Source: an uncultured Verrucomicrobiae bacterium
GTDB lineage: Bacteria; Verrucomicrobiota; Verrucomicrobiia; Limisphaerales; JAFGQR01
NCBI GenBank assembly: GCA_963788655.1
Contig: CAWBHS010000088.1
Coordinates: forward strand, 64,001-128,000
Length of the DNA: 64,000 nucleotides
Reading direction: 5' to 3'
In this document: positions 43,161 to 53,000 of the stretch, piece by piece
How the letters are laid out: each line of letters begins with the position of its first letter
Position numbering within the stretch: the first letter of the stretch is position 1
Program-made: the position numbers and the translations under genes
The notes under the pieces: generated by a model
Seen by the model: the letters and a program-made list of their open reading frames with translations, nothing else
Told to the model about the DNA's origin: nothing
Databases searched by the model: none

Positions 43161-44567
43161 TTATCGCCATGCGGCCTCGACGTGCCGCGCTTCGGTCCAC
43201 GTTTGCCCAACGCACAAGCGCAAGACGAAACGGCCTTCGAGCACGGTGTGCGTGAGATAGAGTTTTCCGCTGCGATTGAGTTCTTCGAGCAACCGGCGAT
43301 TGACCTCGTCGCCGCCCTGGTGACGGAAACAGACGAGGTTCAGCGGGGCGGGCACGGTCAGTTCGAAATCGTCCGCCGCCTCGATCCACCGGGCAAACTG
43401 CTGCGCCAGTTCCACGTGACGCCGCACGTGGTAACGCAAGCCTTCGACACCGTAATGGCGAATCACAAACCAAAGCTTCAACGCCCGAAACCGCCGGCCC
43501 AGCGGCACGTGCCAGTCCCGATAATCAATCACGGCACCCGATTCGGTGGCCTGGTTGCGCAGGTATTCCGGCAGCACGCTGAGCGTTTTGATAAGCACTG
43601 CCCGGTCGGCCACGTAGAAGCAGTCGCAATCGAAGTTGGTGAACATCCATTTGTGCGGATTGAAACAATAGCTGTCCGCCAGTTCCAGGCCGTCCTGGAA
43701 ATGCCGGAATTCCGGGCACAGCGCCGCGGTGCCGCACATGGCGCCATCCACGTGCAACCAGAGACCGTGCGCGCGGCAAATCCGGCCAATCGCGGGCAGC
43801 GGATCGAACGCATTGGACGAGGTCGTGCCGATGGTGGCGCAAACAAAACACGGTCTGAGGCCGGCCTGACGGTCTTCGGCGATCTGCCGTTCCAGGGCCT
43901 CGGGCCGCAGGGCGAACCGTTCATCCACTTCGATCAACCGGAGATTGCGACGCCCCAGTCCGGCAATCTTCACCGCTTTCTCAATCGAGGAATGGGTTTG
44001 CGTGGACGCATAGGCTACGAGCTGTCCATCGCCGCCGCGCTCGTTGGTTTGGAATCCGGTGGCCCGTTCCCGCGCCGCCAGCAACGCGCACAGCGCTCCG
44101 CCGGATGCGGTGTCCTGAATGACGCCGCCGCCGGCAGTATTCGATTTGAATTGGGCCGGCAAGCCGAGCATGTCCGCCAGCCAGTCCAGGACATGCGTCT
44201 CCAATTCCGTGCAGGCCGGACTGGTGGCCCACAGCATTCCTTGCACTCCCAGCCCGGCGGACAGTAGCTCGCCAAGGATCGACGGACCGGAATTGTTGGC
44301 GGGAAAAAAGGCGAAGAAGTTCGGCGATTGCCAATGCGTCAGACCAGGAACGATCAACTGGTCCACGTCGCGGAGAATGGCCTTGAAGGATTCACCGTGT
44401 TCCGGCGGCGTGGATGGCAGTTGGGAACGAATCTGCCCCGGCTGAACCTGGGCCAACACGGGGAAGGACTCGATGCGCTTCTGGTAATCGGCAATCCAAT
44501 CCACCAGGGCGTGGCCCCACTGGCGAAATTCGTCCGGCGTCTGATGATAGCTTGTGGGCTCGGTCAT
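43161..44567 (-). CDS. PLP-dependent aromatic L-amino-acid decarboxylase (group II, DDC family)
   Basis: 'PGLTHWQSPNFFAFFP', 'SPACTELE', 'WLHVDGA', PLP lysine in 'FNPHKW', 'GRRFRALKLWF'. Confidence 0.93.
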   Translation of the reverse strand: MTEPTSYHQTPDEFRQWGHALVDWIADYQKRIESFPVLAQVQPGQIRSQLPSTPPEHGESFKAILRDVDQLIVPGLTHWQSPNFFAFFPANNSGPSILGELLSAGLGVQGMLWATSPACTELETHVLDWLADMLGLPAQFKSNTAGGGVIQDTASGGALCALLAARERATGFQTNERGGDGQLVAYASTQTHSSIEKAVKIAGLGRRNLRLIEVDERFALRPEALERQIAEDRQAGLRPCFVCATIGTTSSNAFDPLPAIGRICRAHGLWLHVDGAMCGTAALCPEFRHFQDGLELADSYCFNPHKWMFTNFDCDCFYVADRAVLIKTLSVLPEYLRNQATESGAVIDYRDWHVPLGRRFRALKLWFVIRHYGVEGLRYHVRRHVELAQQFARWIEAADDFELTVPAPLNLVCFRHQGGDEVNRRLLEELNRSGKLYLTHTVLEGRFVLRLCVGQTWTEARHVEAAWR

Positions 44568-44907
44568 AATGCCGCCCATCAAAACCTCCCCCCCATCGCG
44601 AGTCAAACTCAGCGACATGACCTACAGTCCCGCAGGAATAACCGAAAATGCCCCCCGATTCATCGACGGGTTGAGGAAACCACAATGCCAATTAAGGTCT
44701 GCCACGAACGAAACAAGCCCCGGCCTTCTTGCGAAGCGAGGGGCGACGACAGAAGCGGCTGAAAATGCGACGCAAACCACCCCAATTTGGAATTTGACTT
44801 TTCCGGCAAACGCCGCTGTGATGGCCCTTGTGAAGGCCAACAGTTTTCTGCCTAATTCTGTTATTCCACCTGTTGATACGCCTAAACAGCGTTGAACTAG
44901 GACATTT

Positions 44908-45288
44908 ATGCGCAACTATCTGCTCATTCTGTGGTGCGTGGGACTGAGTCTGTTCATCCTTGGATGCGAGCGCGCTCCATCCAAAAGTCAGCTCATGGGC
45001 ACTTATACTGGAAGCCTCAATGGCGCTTCTGAAGTTTTGGTCCTGCTCCCTGACGGCACATTCTCTCAGAAATTGACGCTTCCTGGCGGCAAGAAAGTCA
45101 GCGCGAGCGGCACGTGGCAACTGGACTACAAGGCGGTTACCTTTGACAGGTACCAGAAGTTCTACAGTGAGGAAAAGCATGGTGCGCTCATAACGCCGGA
45201 ACCGCGTTACGGGGTAATTTATAAATGGGGTTCCGACATGCTTATCCGTGATTTGGGCTCCGGTTGCTATACGCTGAAACACATGTGA
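44908..45288 (+). CDS. hypothetical lipoprotein (first integron cassette ORF)
   Basis: lipobox ILGC; lower GC than flanks; first ORF of the attC array. Confidence 0.7.
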   Translation: MRNYLLILWCVGLSLFILGCERAPSKSQLMGTYTGSLNGASEVLVLLPDGTFSQKLTLPGGKKVSASGTWQLDYKAVTFDRYQKFYSEEKHGALITPEPRYGVIYKWGSDMLIRDLGSGCYTLKHM

Positions 45289-45289
45289 C

Positions 45290-45626
45290 CAGAATGATAC
45301 TTTTGGTCTGATCCTAATACGATTGGCCTATGTGGTGCTGCTCGGCGTGGCGTGTGGAATGATCGCATTAGGGATCAGCCGATTGTCAGACTCGCACTCG
45401 CAGAGCAGATGGAAGATCTTCTCGGTTGGTGACATATGGACTATTCCTCATCGGCGCTGGCGAGTTCGAGGGGTAGCTTTACTACTCAGAGCGGACGGCT
45501 AGTATCTTTTACGGCAGGCGCTGCGATCGGTTGGATGGCCTTTGGAGGCTTTATCGCTGCAGCGCTGGCGGCAGGTTTGGTGTATGTGGGAGTTTTGGCG
45601 AGAATGGAGAAAAGCCTGATGAGCAC
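45290..45626 (+). pseudogene. degraded or frameshifted membrane-protein cassette ORF
   Basis: hydrophobic segments in two frames ('LIRLAYVVLLGVACG', 'AIGWMAFGGFIAAAL') running into attC1; no clean start. Confidence 0.4.
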
Positions 45627-45752
45627 AGCCAACAAGACGCTGGAGACGAACTGCCGCCCCGCTTCTCCGCTCGAAGTTGAGCGGGAATTTGGACGCGCAG
45701 TTCACGCTCGACCTTGCGTTTCCGGCGGCAGTAGCTGAGCTTTGCGTTATGC
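45627..45752 (+). mobile_element. integron attC site 1
   Basis: R'' AGCCAAC, L'' GCTGGAG, stem ACTGCCGCC/GGCGGCAGT, L' GCTGAGC, R' GTTATGC. Confidence 0.8.
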
Positions 45753-45768
45753 AAAGAGAAGCGCGAAC

Positions 45769-46349
45769 ATGAAGCCTAGCATTTTCATTCTTTTGCTGTC
45801 ATTGTCCATGAGCCTTGCGGGTGAACCTGAGACGACGACTCTGAGGTTCCATTACCAGAGATTACCACCAAACAGCACGATGTGGAATCCAACGGCCAAG
45901 TGATAGCTTCGGTCGAAACGGTTTATCGTGGAAGGCATCGCATCCTGCGAACGATAAAATACAAGGTGGCAAAAGGAGATTATGTTGCCGGAGGTGTGAT
46001 GCGCATTTATAGCGTAGGACGTAACGCAATTCTGGCTGAGGAGGACCCCAAAGGCGATGGGCAGGTTACTATGACAGTTTACGGGAAGACTGACAATCCA
46101 GGAGATTTCGAAGTGTTTCGAAAGTCAAAAGATGGATTGGTTCAGCCAATAACCAGCCGAGAACTGTTCCAACTCAGGCGCGAGCTACAGGAGTCTTCCA
46201 AGTTCTTTGAGGGCTTTGCACACTGGTTGGCAGAGAAAATTGAGACGGAATCACCCGAGAAAATCGCGAATGACGTGAAAGCGCTTGGAGAAGCCGCAAA
46301 ACGGGCGAAGGAGGCAATGGATAAAGAAAAGCAAGAAAAAGATAAATGA
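45769..46349 (+). CDS. cassette-encoded hypothetical secreted protein; frameshift near 45850
   Basis: signal-peptide-like MKPSIFILLLSLSMSLAG at 45769, body in ORF 45882-46349; bounded by attC1 and attC2. Confidence 0.55.
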
Positions 46350-46351
46350 TT

Positions 46352-46447
46352 GCATAACCAATCGAGTCACCGAATGAGCGGCAAGCACGTCAGTTTTGAA
46401 TTTGGAAGGCACCGGGATGCCGCTCATCGGTGCTCTCCGCGTTCGAC
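46352..46447 (+). mobile_element. integron attC site 2
   Basis: R'' GCATAAC (complement of the preceding GTTATGC), stem CACCGAATGAGCGGCA/TGCCGCTCATCGGTG, R' GTTCGAC. Confidence 0.85.
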
Positions 46448-46957
46448 ATGAAGGCCATTGTGCCAGTTCTATTCGCGACCCTGCTTCTGGTGGTGTCCTG
46501 TGATTCATCAAGCAGCAAGGTTAGTATTCAGTCGTCCTCCATGAGCACCAACTCTACGATGCATCCGAGATTCGATACTCCTGAGCATGCGGTTGAGTCT
46601 TTGGCCTCAGCCTACCAGTCCCGAGACATCGAGGCGATGGTGGCTGCCAAGGATTTCGCGCTGGATTCCAGGCTATTTTGGGAGGACCTCGGCCTGCCTG
46701 TGACCGACAAGCAGAAGTCAGAATCTGTTGCGGCATTCGAGTCCAATTTTCGCAAGCAGATGGCAGAGGACGGTATCCCTGATTATCGGGGAGTTGAGCA
46801 TGCAATCGCCCAGCGCGAGGAACTTCAAACCAACCTCGTTGTCATCACGCTTGAATGTCGATGGCCAGATGGACGAAAGGTCAGACTGAGGCTCCCCACC
46901 TTGAAAACTGGGTCGCAATGGAAAACAGTCTTGGTTCCAGGCTACGATCATTTGTAA
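46448..46957 (+). CDS. cassette-encoded hypothetical lipoprotein (NTF2-like fold?)
   Basis: ATG immediately after GTTCGAC; lipobox VVSC; 'TPEHAVESL..AY..RD' pattern. Confidence 0.7.
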   Translation: MKAIVPVLFATLLLVVSCDSSSSKVSIQSSSMSTNSTMHPRFDTPEHAVESLASAYQSRDIEAMVAAKDFALDSRLFWEDLGLPVTDKQKSESVAAFESNFRKQMAEDGIPDYRGVEHAIAQREELQTNLVVITLECRWPDGRKVRLRLPTLKTGSQWKTVLVPGYDHL

Positions 46958-46958
46958 T

Positions 46959-47084
46959 GTCGAACAAGCGGATGCACACGAACCGCCGCCCCGCGCTTCA
47001 GTTCGGACGTGTCGCACTCTTTGGACGCTGGATTCGCTGCCAGCGCCCGCTATCGGCGGCGGTCGGTGATCCTTGGCGTTCGAT
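46959..47084 (+). mobile_element. integron attC site 3
   Basis: R'' GTCGAAC (complement of the preceding GTTCGAC), stem GGATGCACACGAACCGCCGCC/GGCGGCGGTCGGTGATCC with extrahelical bases, R' GTTCGAT. Confidence 0.85.
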
Positions 47085-47087
47085 GAC

Positions 47088-47462
47088 ATGAATCCCCACG
47101 AGCAGCAAAAGAGGATCGCTGGAGTGCTTCCACGGCTCCACTGGAGCGCAGCAGTGCTGCTCATGTGTGCTGTCGGTTTTTGGCTGATGGCGCCGGCCTC
47201 TCCAGCCTATCTCATAACGTATGCGGCCGTTGGGATGCTATGGTTCGGTGCGGTCGTGTGGATGTGGCGGATGTGGTGCCTTATCGGGACACTTACGATG
47301 ATGCCGGTTTTTGCATTGGGTTACTTGGTGCCGCCGAGACTATTCCCCGAGTCTTCCCAAATGGTTGAGCTTCAAGGAATTCTGCTGGCTTTTGCCATCG
47401 TGTCATTCTTACTGTGGCTGTTGCGGCCGCAAGTGATTCGTTATGCAAGACTGGAGAACTAA
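47088..47462 (+). CDS. cassette-encoded small membrane protein (4 TM)
   Basis: hydrophobic ORF exactly filling the space between attC3 and attC4. Confidence 0.7.
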   Translation: MNPHEQQKRIAGVLPRLHWSAAVLLMCAVGFWLMAPASPAYLITYAAVGMLWFGAVVWMWRMWCLIGTLTMMPVFALGYLVPPRLFPESSQMVELQGILLAFAIVSFLLWLLRPQVIRYARLEN

Positions 47463-47463
47463 C

Positions 47464-47585
47464 ATCGACCAGTCAGTGGAGTCAAAAGGTGCCCGTTAAA
47501 GCAGTTGCGACGTCACGGGCAATCTGACGTTCTTCTTCGTCTGAGGCGCACTGCCGGAACCAGTGGTTCACTTCTATGGTTCGGC
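47464..47585 (+). mobile_element. degenerate attC site 4
   Basis: R'' ATCGACC (one mismatch to the expected ATCGAAC), AGTGGA/TTCACT L boxes, R' GTTCGGC. Confidence 0.6.
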
Positions 47586-47744
47586 GTGAACGGTCCACGC
47601 CCAAGCAGGAATTTGATTTATGGATTGCTTGATCCTCGAGATCAATACCTCCGATACGTTGGAAAAACTCACCAGCGTCGTGAACAAAGAATGGCCGAGC
47701 ACACGATGGAGGAAGTATCGACGCCGAACCAAACGGGTCAATAA
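47586..47744 (+). pseudogene. truncated GIY-YIG nuclease cassette
   Basis: GTG after GTTCGGC; 'IYGLLDPRDQYLRYVGKT...RMAEH' GIY-YIG N-terminal motif; ends in R'' GCCGAAC (47723-47729). Confidence 0.6.
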
Positions 47745-47878
47745 CATGTTCGCGCCTCCGCTCTACTCGAGGTCCATTCGTGGTTTTCTTCCTAGCTTTG
47801 GAAGAGCCGCCTTACGTTCTGCGAATGTGGGATTGAGTGCCACGCCATCCAATGGTTGACAGGGCGATTGGCGCGCGT

Positions 47879-48631
47879 CTATTTGGCGCCGCCAAATTTC
47901 TTCGCCACGGCCGACTGCATGAGTTGTTCGAGGCTGGCGAATCGGGCATAACCTTTCGGCGCTTCGAACGCCTTCGCCGCTGGCTTCCGCAACTGCACGT
48001 TCCGGAACATCATGCGCACGGTGGAATCCTCCTCGTGCATCTGGATCTGCACCGGAAACCCTTTCAAATCCGAAGCGTACCATCCCAGAGCCTCCCGCTT
48101 GACACCGGCGGGGCTGGTAATGGTGACCTGATACTTCACACAGGGATGCCCGGCGACCGTTTCGTGGCCCAGCTTGTGTTTGGAAATCTGGTATTTGGCC
48201 TCCAATTCCTTGACTTCGTCGGCTGACATCGGGATAGCCGCGTAACTCTTCAAGTTGGGATAAATCACGAGGGTGCTTTTCAGGTCCGGGCGCACCACGG
48301 TGATCATTCGATCCATCCCGAGTTGCTGCAAATGCGCAAACGCCTGGGGGGCCACCTGGCCGTTCTTCAGATCGCTCAAATTGATGCCGGTACACACCTT
48401 GCCCTTCAGCATCGCGAACGTCATGGGAATCCGCATGGTTTCCCGTTGCTGGCCATCCAGCAGAACGGCCTCAGCCTGCGCCGAAAAGCTGGTGAACTCG
48501 CCAAACAACTTGAGCACTGCCGCGTTGAGACCGGTCTGGGGACCGGTGGGCATTTGCGCCGGCGCTGAATAGTATCCGAGGCCCACCGCGGCAGCGGCGA
48601 ACAGAACCAAGCCAGACGGGCGCATGTTCAT
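47879..48631 (-). CDS. DUF4412-like secreted protein
   Basis: signal peptide; 'KLGHETVAGHPCVKYQVT', 'WYASDLKGFPVQI', 'FEAPKGY'. Confidence 0.75.
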   Translation of the reverse strand: MNMRPSGLVLFAAAAVGLGYYSAPAQMPTGPQTGLNAAVLKLFGEFTSFSAQAEAVLLDGQQRETMRIPMTFAMLKGKVCTGINLSDLKNGQVAPQAFAHLQQLGMDRMITVVRPDLKSTLVIYPNLKSYAAIPMSADEVKELEAKYQISKHKLGHETVAGHPCVKYQVTITSPAGVKREALGWYASDLKGFPVQIQMHEEDSTVRMMFRNVQLRKPAAKAFEAPKGYARFASLEQLMQSAVAKKFGGAK

Positions 48632-48853
48632 AGACAATAGTGTTCCATTACATTTCGATTAGCAGTGGCTGGAAATCTAACGCAAAACTGCATCTACACC
48701 AGCCGGAAACGTGGTTTCCAACGGGCCACGGGCGCCTCGCGTTTTTGCCGCAGGTTTCGAATTCATCAATCGGAACGCAGGCGAGGGCAACGACGCTCGG
48801 CGGCAGGTTTGCGACTTTCCTCCGCCGGGCGTTGTCGGCTACGCTGTCCGGGC

Positions 48854-49516
48854 ATGAAATGCATTGTTACCGCCGGGCCCAGTTATGAACCGCTCGATCA
48901 AGTGCGCCGCCTCACGAATTTCTCCACGGGCCGGTTGGGTGGCGAACTGGCGGATTTCCTGACTGCCCGCGGTCACGAGGTCACCCTGTTGTTGGGCGAA
49001 CAGGCCACGTGGAAGGGGCAATCACCGGCCCAACACGTCCAACTCTTTGGTTCGACGGGAGACTTGAGCGTGCGTCTGGAAGCACTCAGCAGAACGTCCG
49101 TGGACGCGGTGTTCCATGTGGCCGCAGTCAGCGATTTCACGGTCGGCACGGTCTGGGAGCACGCGGCCGATGGCGAGATGATTGAAGTCAAGGCGGGAAA
49201 GATATCCTCGCGGATTGCGCGTCTGCTGGTCGAGTTGGTGCCCACCATCAAAATTATTTCGCACCTGCGCGACTGGTTTCCGCAGGCCGTCCTGATGGGC
49301 TGGAAATACGAAGTTGATGGCGACCGCTCGACCGCACTTCGCCAGGGCGAACAACAAATCGCGCAATGCCGCACCGACGCCTGCGTCGTTAACGGTCCGG
49401 CCTACGGACGCGGATTTGGCGTGGTAACCGCCCCCGGCCGACGTGCCCACGTGCCCGAGCAACCGCTGCTTTACCGAGTGCTGGAGGAGTTGCTGCGGAA
49501 GCTTGCCAACGACTAA
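48854..49516 (+). CDS. phosphopantothenate-cysteine ligase-like (CoaB/DFP C-terminal domain)
   Basis: 'IVTAGPSYEPLDQVRRLTNFSTGRLG', 'HVAAVSDF', 'GWKYE'. Confidence 0.85.
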   Translation: MKCIVTAGPSYEPLDQVRRLTNFSTGRLGGELADFLTARGHEVTLLLGEQATWKGQSPAQHVQLFGSTGDLSVRLEALSRTSVDAVFHVAAVSDFTVGTVWEHAADGEMIEVKAGKISSRIARLLVELVPTIKIISHLRDWFPQAVLMGWKYEVDGDRSTALRQGEQQIAQCRTDACVVNGPAYGRGFGVVTAPGRRAHVPEQPLLYRVLEELLRKLAND

Positions 49517-49553
49517 TGACCTATCGTCAGGCGCACGCGGCTGCCTTCGTAAA

Positions 49554-49625
49554 TCAGTTCCGCCCCAGGCCGGCGGAGGCGCCGGTGATGACCACGACTT
49601 CGGGTTCATGGTTGCGATGCTTCAT
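49554..49625 (-). pseudogene. 5' remnant of an SDR oxidoreductase
   Basis: 'MKHRNHEPEVVVITGASAGLGR' followed by N and a stop; Rossmann TGxxxGxG motif only. Confidence 0.7.
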
Positions 49626-49638
49626 GGCTAAAATCCTC

Positions 49639-50019
49639 TCAATCGCCGGCCGGAAACGCCATCGTGCTGAGCAGCGCGTTTTCGGCCTGGCGCGAATCGA
49701 GCCGGGTGTGTTGGACCACGATCGGCACGTTGGATTCGATGACGCTGGCGTAATCGGTGTCCTGGGGAACCGGCTCGGGATCGGTGAGTTCATTGAAGCG
49801 CAGATGTTTTGTTCGCCGCGCGGGAACGGTCACGCGGTACGGCCCGGCGGGATCGCGATCCGCGAAATAAATCGTGATCTGGACGTGGGCTTCCTCGTCG
49901 GTCGCGTTCAGCAGGCAGGCTGTCTCGTGACTGGTGAATTGCGGTTCCGGGCCGTGGCTCCAGCCGGGAATGTATCCTTCGGCGATGGCCCAACGTTTGT
50001 GTCCAATGGGAGGGGTCAT
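49639..50019 (-). CDS. sensory rhodopsin transducer (ASRT) family protein
   Basis: 'IGHKRWAIAEGYIP', 'SHETACLLN', 'RRTKHLRFNEL', 'VPIVVQHTRLDSRQ'. Confidence 0.9.
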   Translation of the reverse strand: MTPPIGHKRWAIAEGYIPGWSHGPEPQFTSHETACLLNATDEEAHVQITIYFADRDPAGPYRVTVPARRTKHLRFNELTDPEPVPQDTDYASVIESNVPIVVQHTRLDSRQAENALLSTMAFPAGD

Positions 50020-50030
50020 GGGAGGGTTGG

Positions 50031-53000
50031 CTATTGCTTGCGGTCGCGGTCCAGGATGATGCCCGCCGCCACGGCCGCCACGCCGGCGCCGGCGGCGGCC
50101 ACGGTCAGCGCCCGGCGCCGCCGCGAATTGCCGGCGTCGGGCTCGCCATTGCCCGCGGCGCCGTCGTCACGCTGGCGGGATTCGTCGATCTCCTTGATGC
50201 CCGAGGGCCGGGGTTCGTCGGACTTGTTGAATTCATTGAGCCGGCCCGAACTGCGCGAGTGGCCGCCGGCGCGCAGGGCCAGTTGCAGCACCTCGGCAAC
50301 GTGCAAGGCTTCCCGGCTGGTCAACTGCTTGATCTGCTCCTTGCAACTGAAGCCGTCGGCGACGATGAGGGTTTCCGCGTCCGCCGCGCGCACGGCCGGC
50401 AGCAGGACCCGCTCGCCGCATTGGACGGAGACGCCATATTTGTCCGCCTCGAAGCCAAAGGAGCCGGCCATGCCGCAGCAACCGGAGGAAAGCAGCTCGT
50501 AGTCGAGCCCCATTTGCTCGAACAGCTTCGTTTCGCACGCCAATTTCATGATGGCTTGGTGATGGCAATGCCCGTGAACCAGCGCGCGCCGCGGAAACCG
50601 GGGCGGACGATAATCCTTCAGCTTGTTCTCCAGAAATTCCGCCAGCGTGTAGGCCTGTTGGCGGAGCCGAAGCGCGTCCTGGTCGTGCGGAAACAGCCCC
50701 GTCAATTCGTCCCGGAACACCGCCAGGCAACTGGGCTCGATTCCGACCAGCGGCGTGCCCGCGGCGATCTCGTCGTGCAGCGTGTCGAGCACCCGGCGGA
50801 GCAGCCGTTTGGCGGTCGGCAACATGCCGTAGTCGTAGAGCGGCCGGCCACAGCAGAGGGGGGTCCGCGGCACGATCACGCGCAGGCCCGCGTCCTCGAG
50901 CACTTCGACCATGGCCTGGGCCACGTGGGGGTGGAGGTAGTTGTTGAACGTGTCGGGCCAGAGCAGGACGCGGGGACCGTTCGGGTGACGCGGCGCGCGC
51001 CGGAAGAACCATTGCTTGAACGTCTGCGTGGCGAACAAGGGCACGTGCCGTTCCGGGGCCACGCCGGCCAGCTTCTTGCCCACGGAACTGAACGGCTCAG
51101 TCTGGGTGAAGAAGTTCACCAAGCGCGGCATCTTCGAAGCCAGGCGCGCCCACCAATAAATCAATCCCAAACTGTAGGCGGTGCGCGGCCGCAGTCGGCC
51201 TTGATAATAATGCGACAAGAACTCGGCCTTGTAGGTGGCCATGTCCACGTTGACCGGGCAGTCGGCTTTGCAGCCTTTGCACGCGAGGCAGAGGTCGAGC
51301 GCCTCCTTGACGCTGTCGCTCTTCCAACCGTCGGTGAGCACGTCGCCCTGGAGCATTTCGAAGAGCAGATGGGCGCGGCCGCGAGTGGCGTGCTGTTCCT
51401 CGCGCGTGACCATGTAGCTCGGACACATCGTGCCGCCTTCGGCCCGCCGGCATTTGCCCACGCCCACACAGCGCAGCGTGGCGCGGGCGAAACTGCCCTG
51501 GTCTTCGGGGAACTGGAAATGCGTGGCCGGCTCCGCCGGGCGGTATTCGGTGCCGAGCCGAAGGTTGGACAAAATGGGATTGGCGTTGACGATTTTGCCG
51601 GGATTCATCCGGCCCTGGGGATCCCAGATGTGTTTGAACTCCTGAAAGGCGCGCACCAACTCCGGGCCATACATCTTGGACAGTAATTCGCCGCGCGACT
51701 GGCCGTCGCCGTGTTCGCCCGAGAGCGAGCCGCCCAGGCTCAAAACCAGATTGGACGCGTCCTCTACAAACGCGCGATACTTGGCCAGTCCTGCGCGCGT
51801 CACAAGGTCGAAGTCGATGCGACAATGAATGCAGCCCTGGCCGTAATGACCGTAGAGCGCGGCATGGTATTGGTAGGTGTCAAACAAATGGCGCAACCGG
51901 CGAAGATACTCGCCCACCTGCTCGGGCGGCACCGCCGAATCCTCCCAGCCGGGCCACGCATCCTTCATGCTCGGCACAAACGCCGTCGCGCCCAAACCCG
52001 ACTCGCGCACTTCCCACATTTTTCGCTCCTCGGCCTCGTCCTCGAAGAGCTTCATGCTGGGCCGGTCGGCGTTGGCTTGCAGCTTCGCCATCAACGCCCG
52101 CGCCTGCGCGTCGGTGTCCGCCTTGCTCTCGCCGCCGAACTCAACAAACAGCCAGCCGCGTCCCGGCGGCAGGATCGCCACGTCCTTCGGGTGCATGCCG
52201 CGTTTCTCCATGTAACTGACCAGATTGTCGTCGATACCCTCCAGGCCGATGGGTTGGTGCGCCATAATCTCCGGAACGTGATCGCCGGCGTGGTAGGCAT
52301 CGGGATAACCCAGGATCAGCAACGAGCGCGCCGCGGGGGCCGGCACCAGCATCATCGTAGCCTCCAAAATGGTGACGCACGTGGACTCGCTGCCCACCAA
52401 GGCGCGCGCCACCTGGAAGCCTTTCTCCGGCAGCAACTCGTCCAGGTTGTAGCCCGAAACCCGACGGGGAATGTTCGGGAAGCGTTGCCGGATCAGACCG
52501 GCGTACCGATCCCGCAACGAGCGAAGCTGGTCGTAGATTCGGCCCTGCGGCCCGCCGGCTTGGATGAGCCGCGCCAGTTCCGCTTCGCTGGTCCGGCCGA
52601 CGCGCATCCGGTGCCCTTCGTAGGTGAGCACCTCCAACTCGTGAACGTTGTCCGCCGTGCGTGGACCACCCCCGCGGAACTGGGCCATGACCGAATGGAT
52701 GCCGCAGGAATTGTTGCCGATCATTCCGCCCAAGGTGCAGTGATTGTGCGTGGCGGGGTCCGGGCCAAAGAGTAATTGGTGCCGGATGGTTTCCTTTTGC
52801 AGATCGTCCAATACCAGGCCGGGCCGCACGCGCGCCAGCTTGCGCGCGGCGTCGATTTCCAGGACCTGGTTGAAGTACTTGGACATGTCCAGCACCACGG
52901 CCACGTTGCAGCACTGGCCGGCCAGGCTGGTGCCGCCTCCGCGGGACAGGATCGGCGCGCCGAACTCACGGCAGAGCGCGACCGTTTCCATTACGTCCTC

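Noticed and set aside
45627..47585. CRISPR array interpretation of the spaced repeats
   Set aside because: The units are dissimilar hairpins of about 100-125 bp separated by whole genes, which fits attC sites; no cas genes are present
47730..47822. Complete fifth attC ending at GTTCTGC
   Set aside because: The R'' box is clear, but no convincing complementary stem is visible; treated as truncated or degenerate
49639..50019. Light-sensing system implied by ASRT
   Set aside because: No rhodopsin gene is nearby, and ASRT-family proteins commonly occur without one
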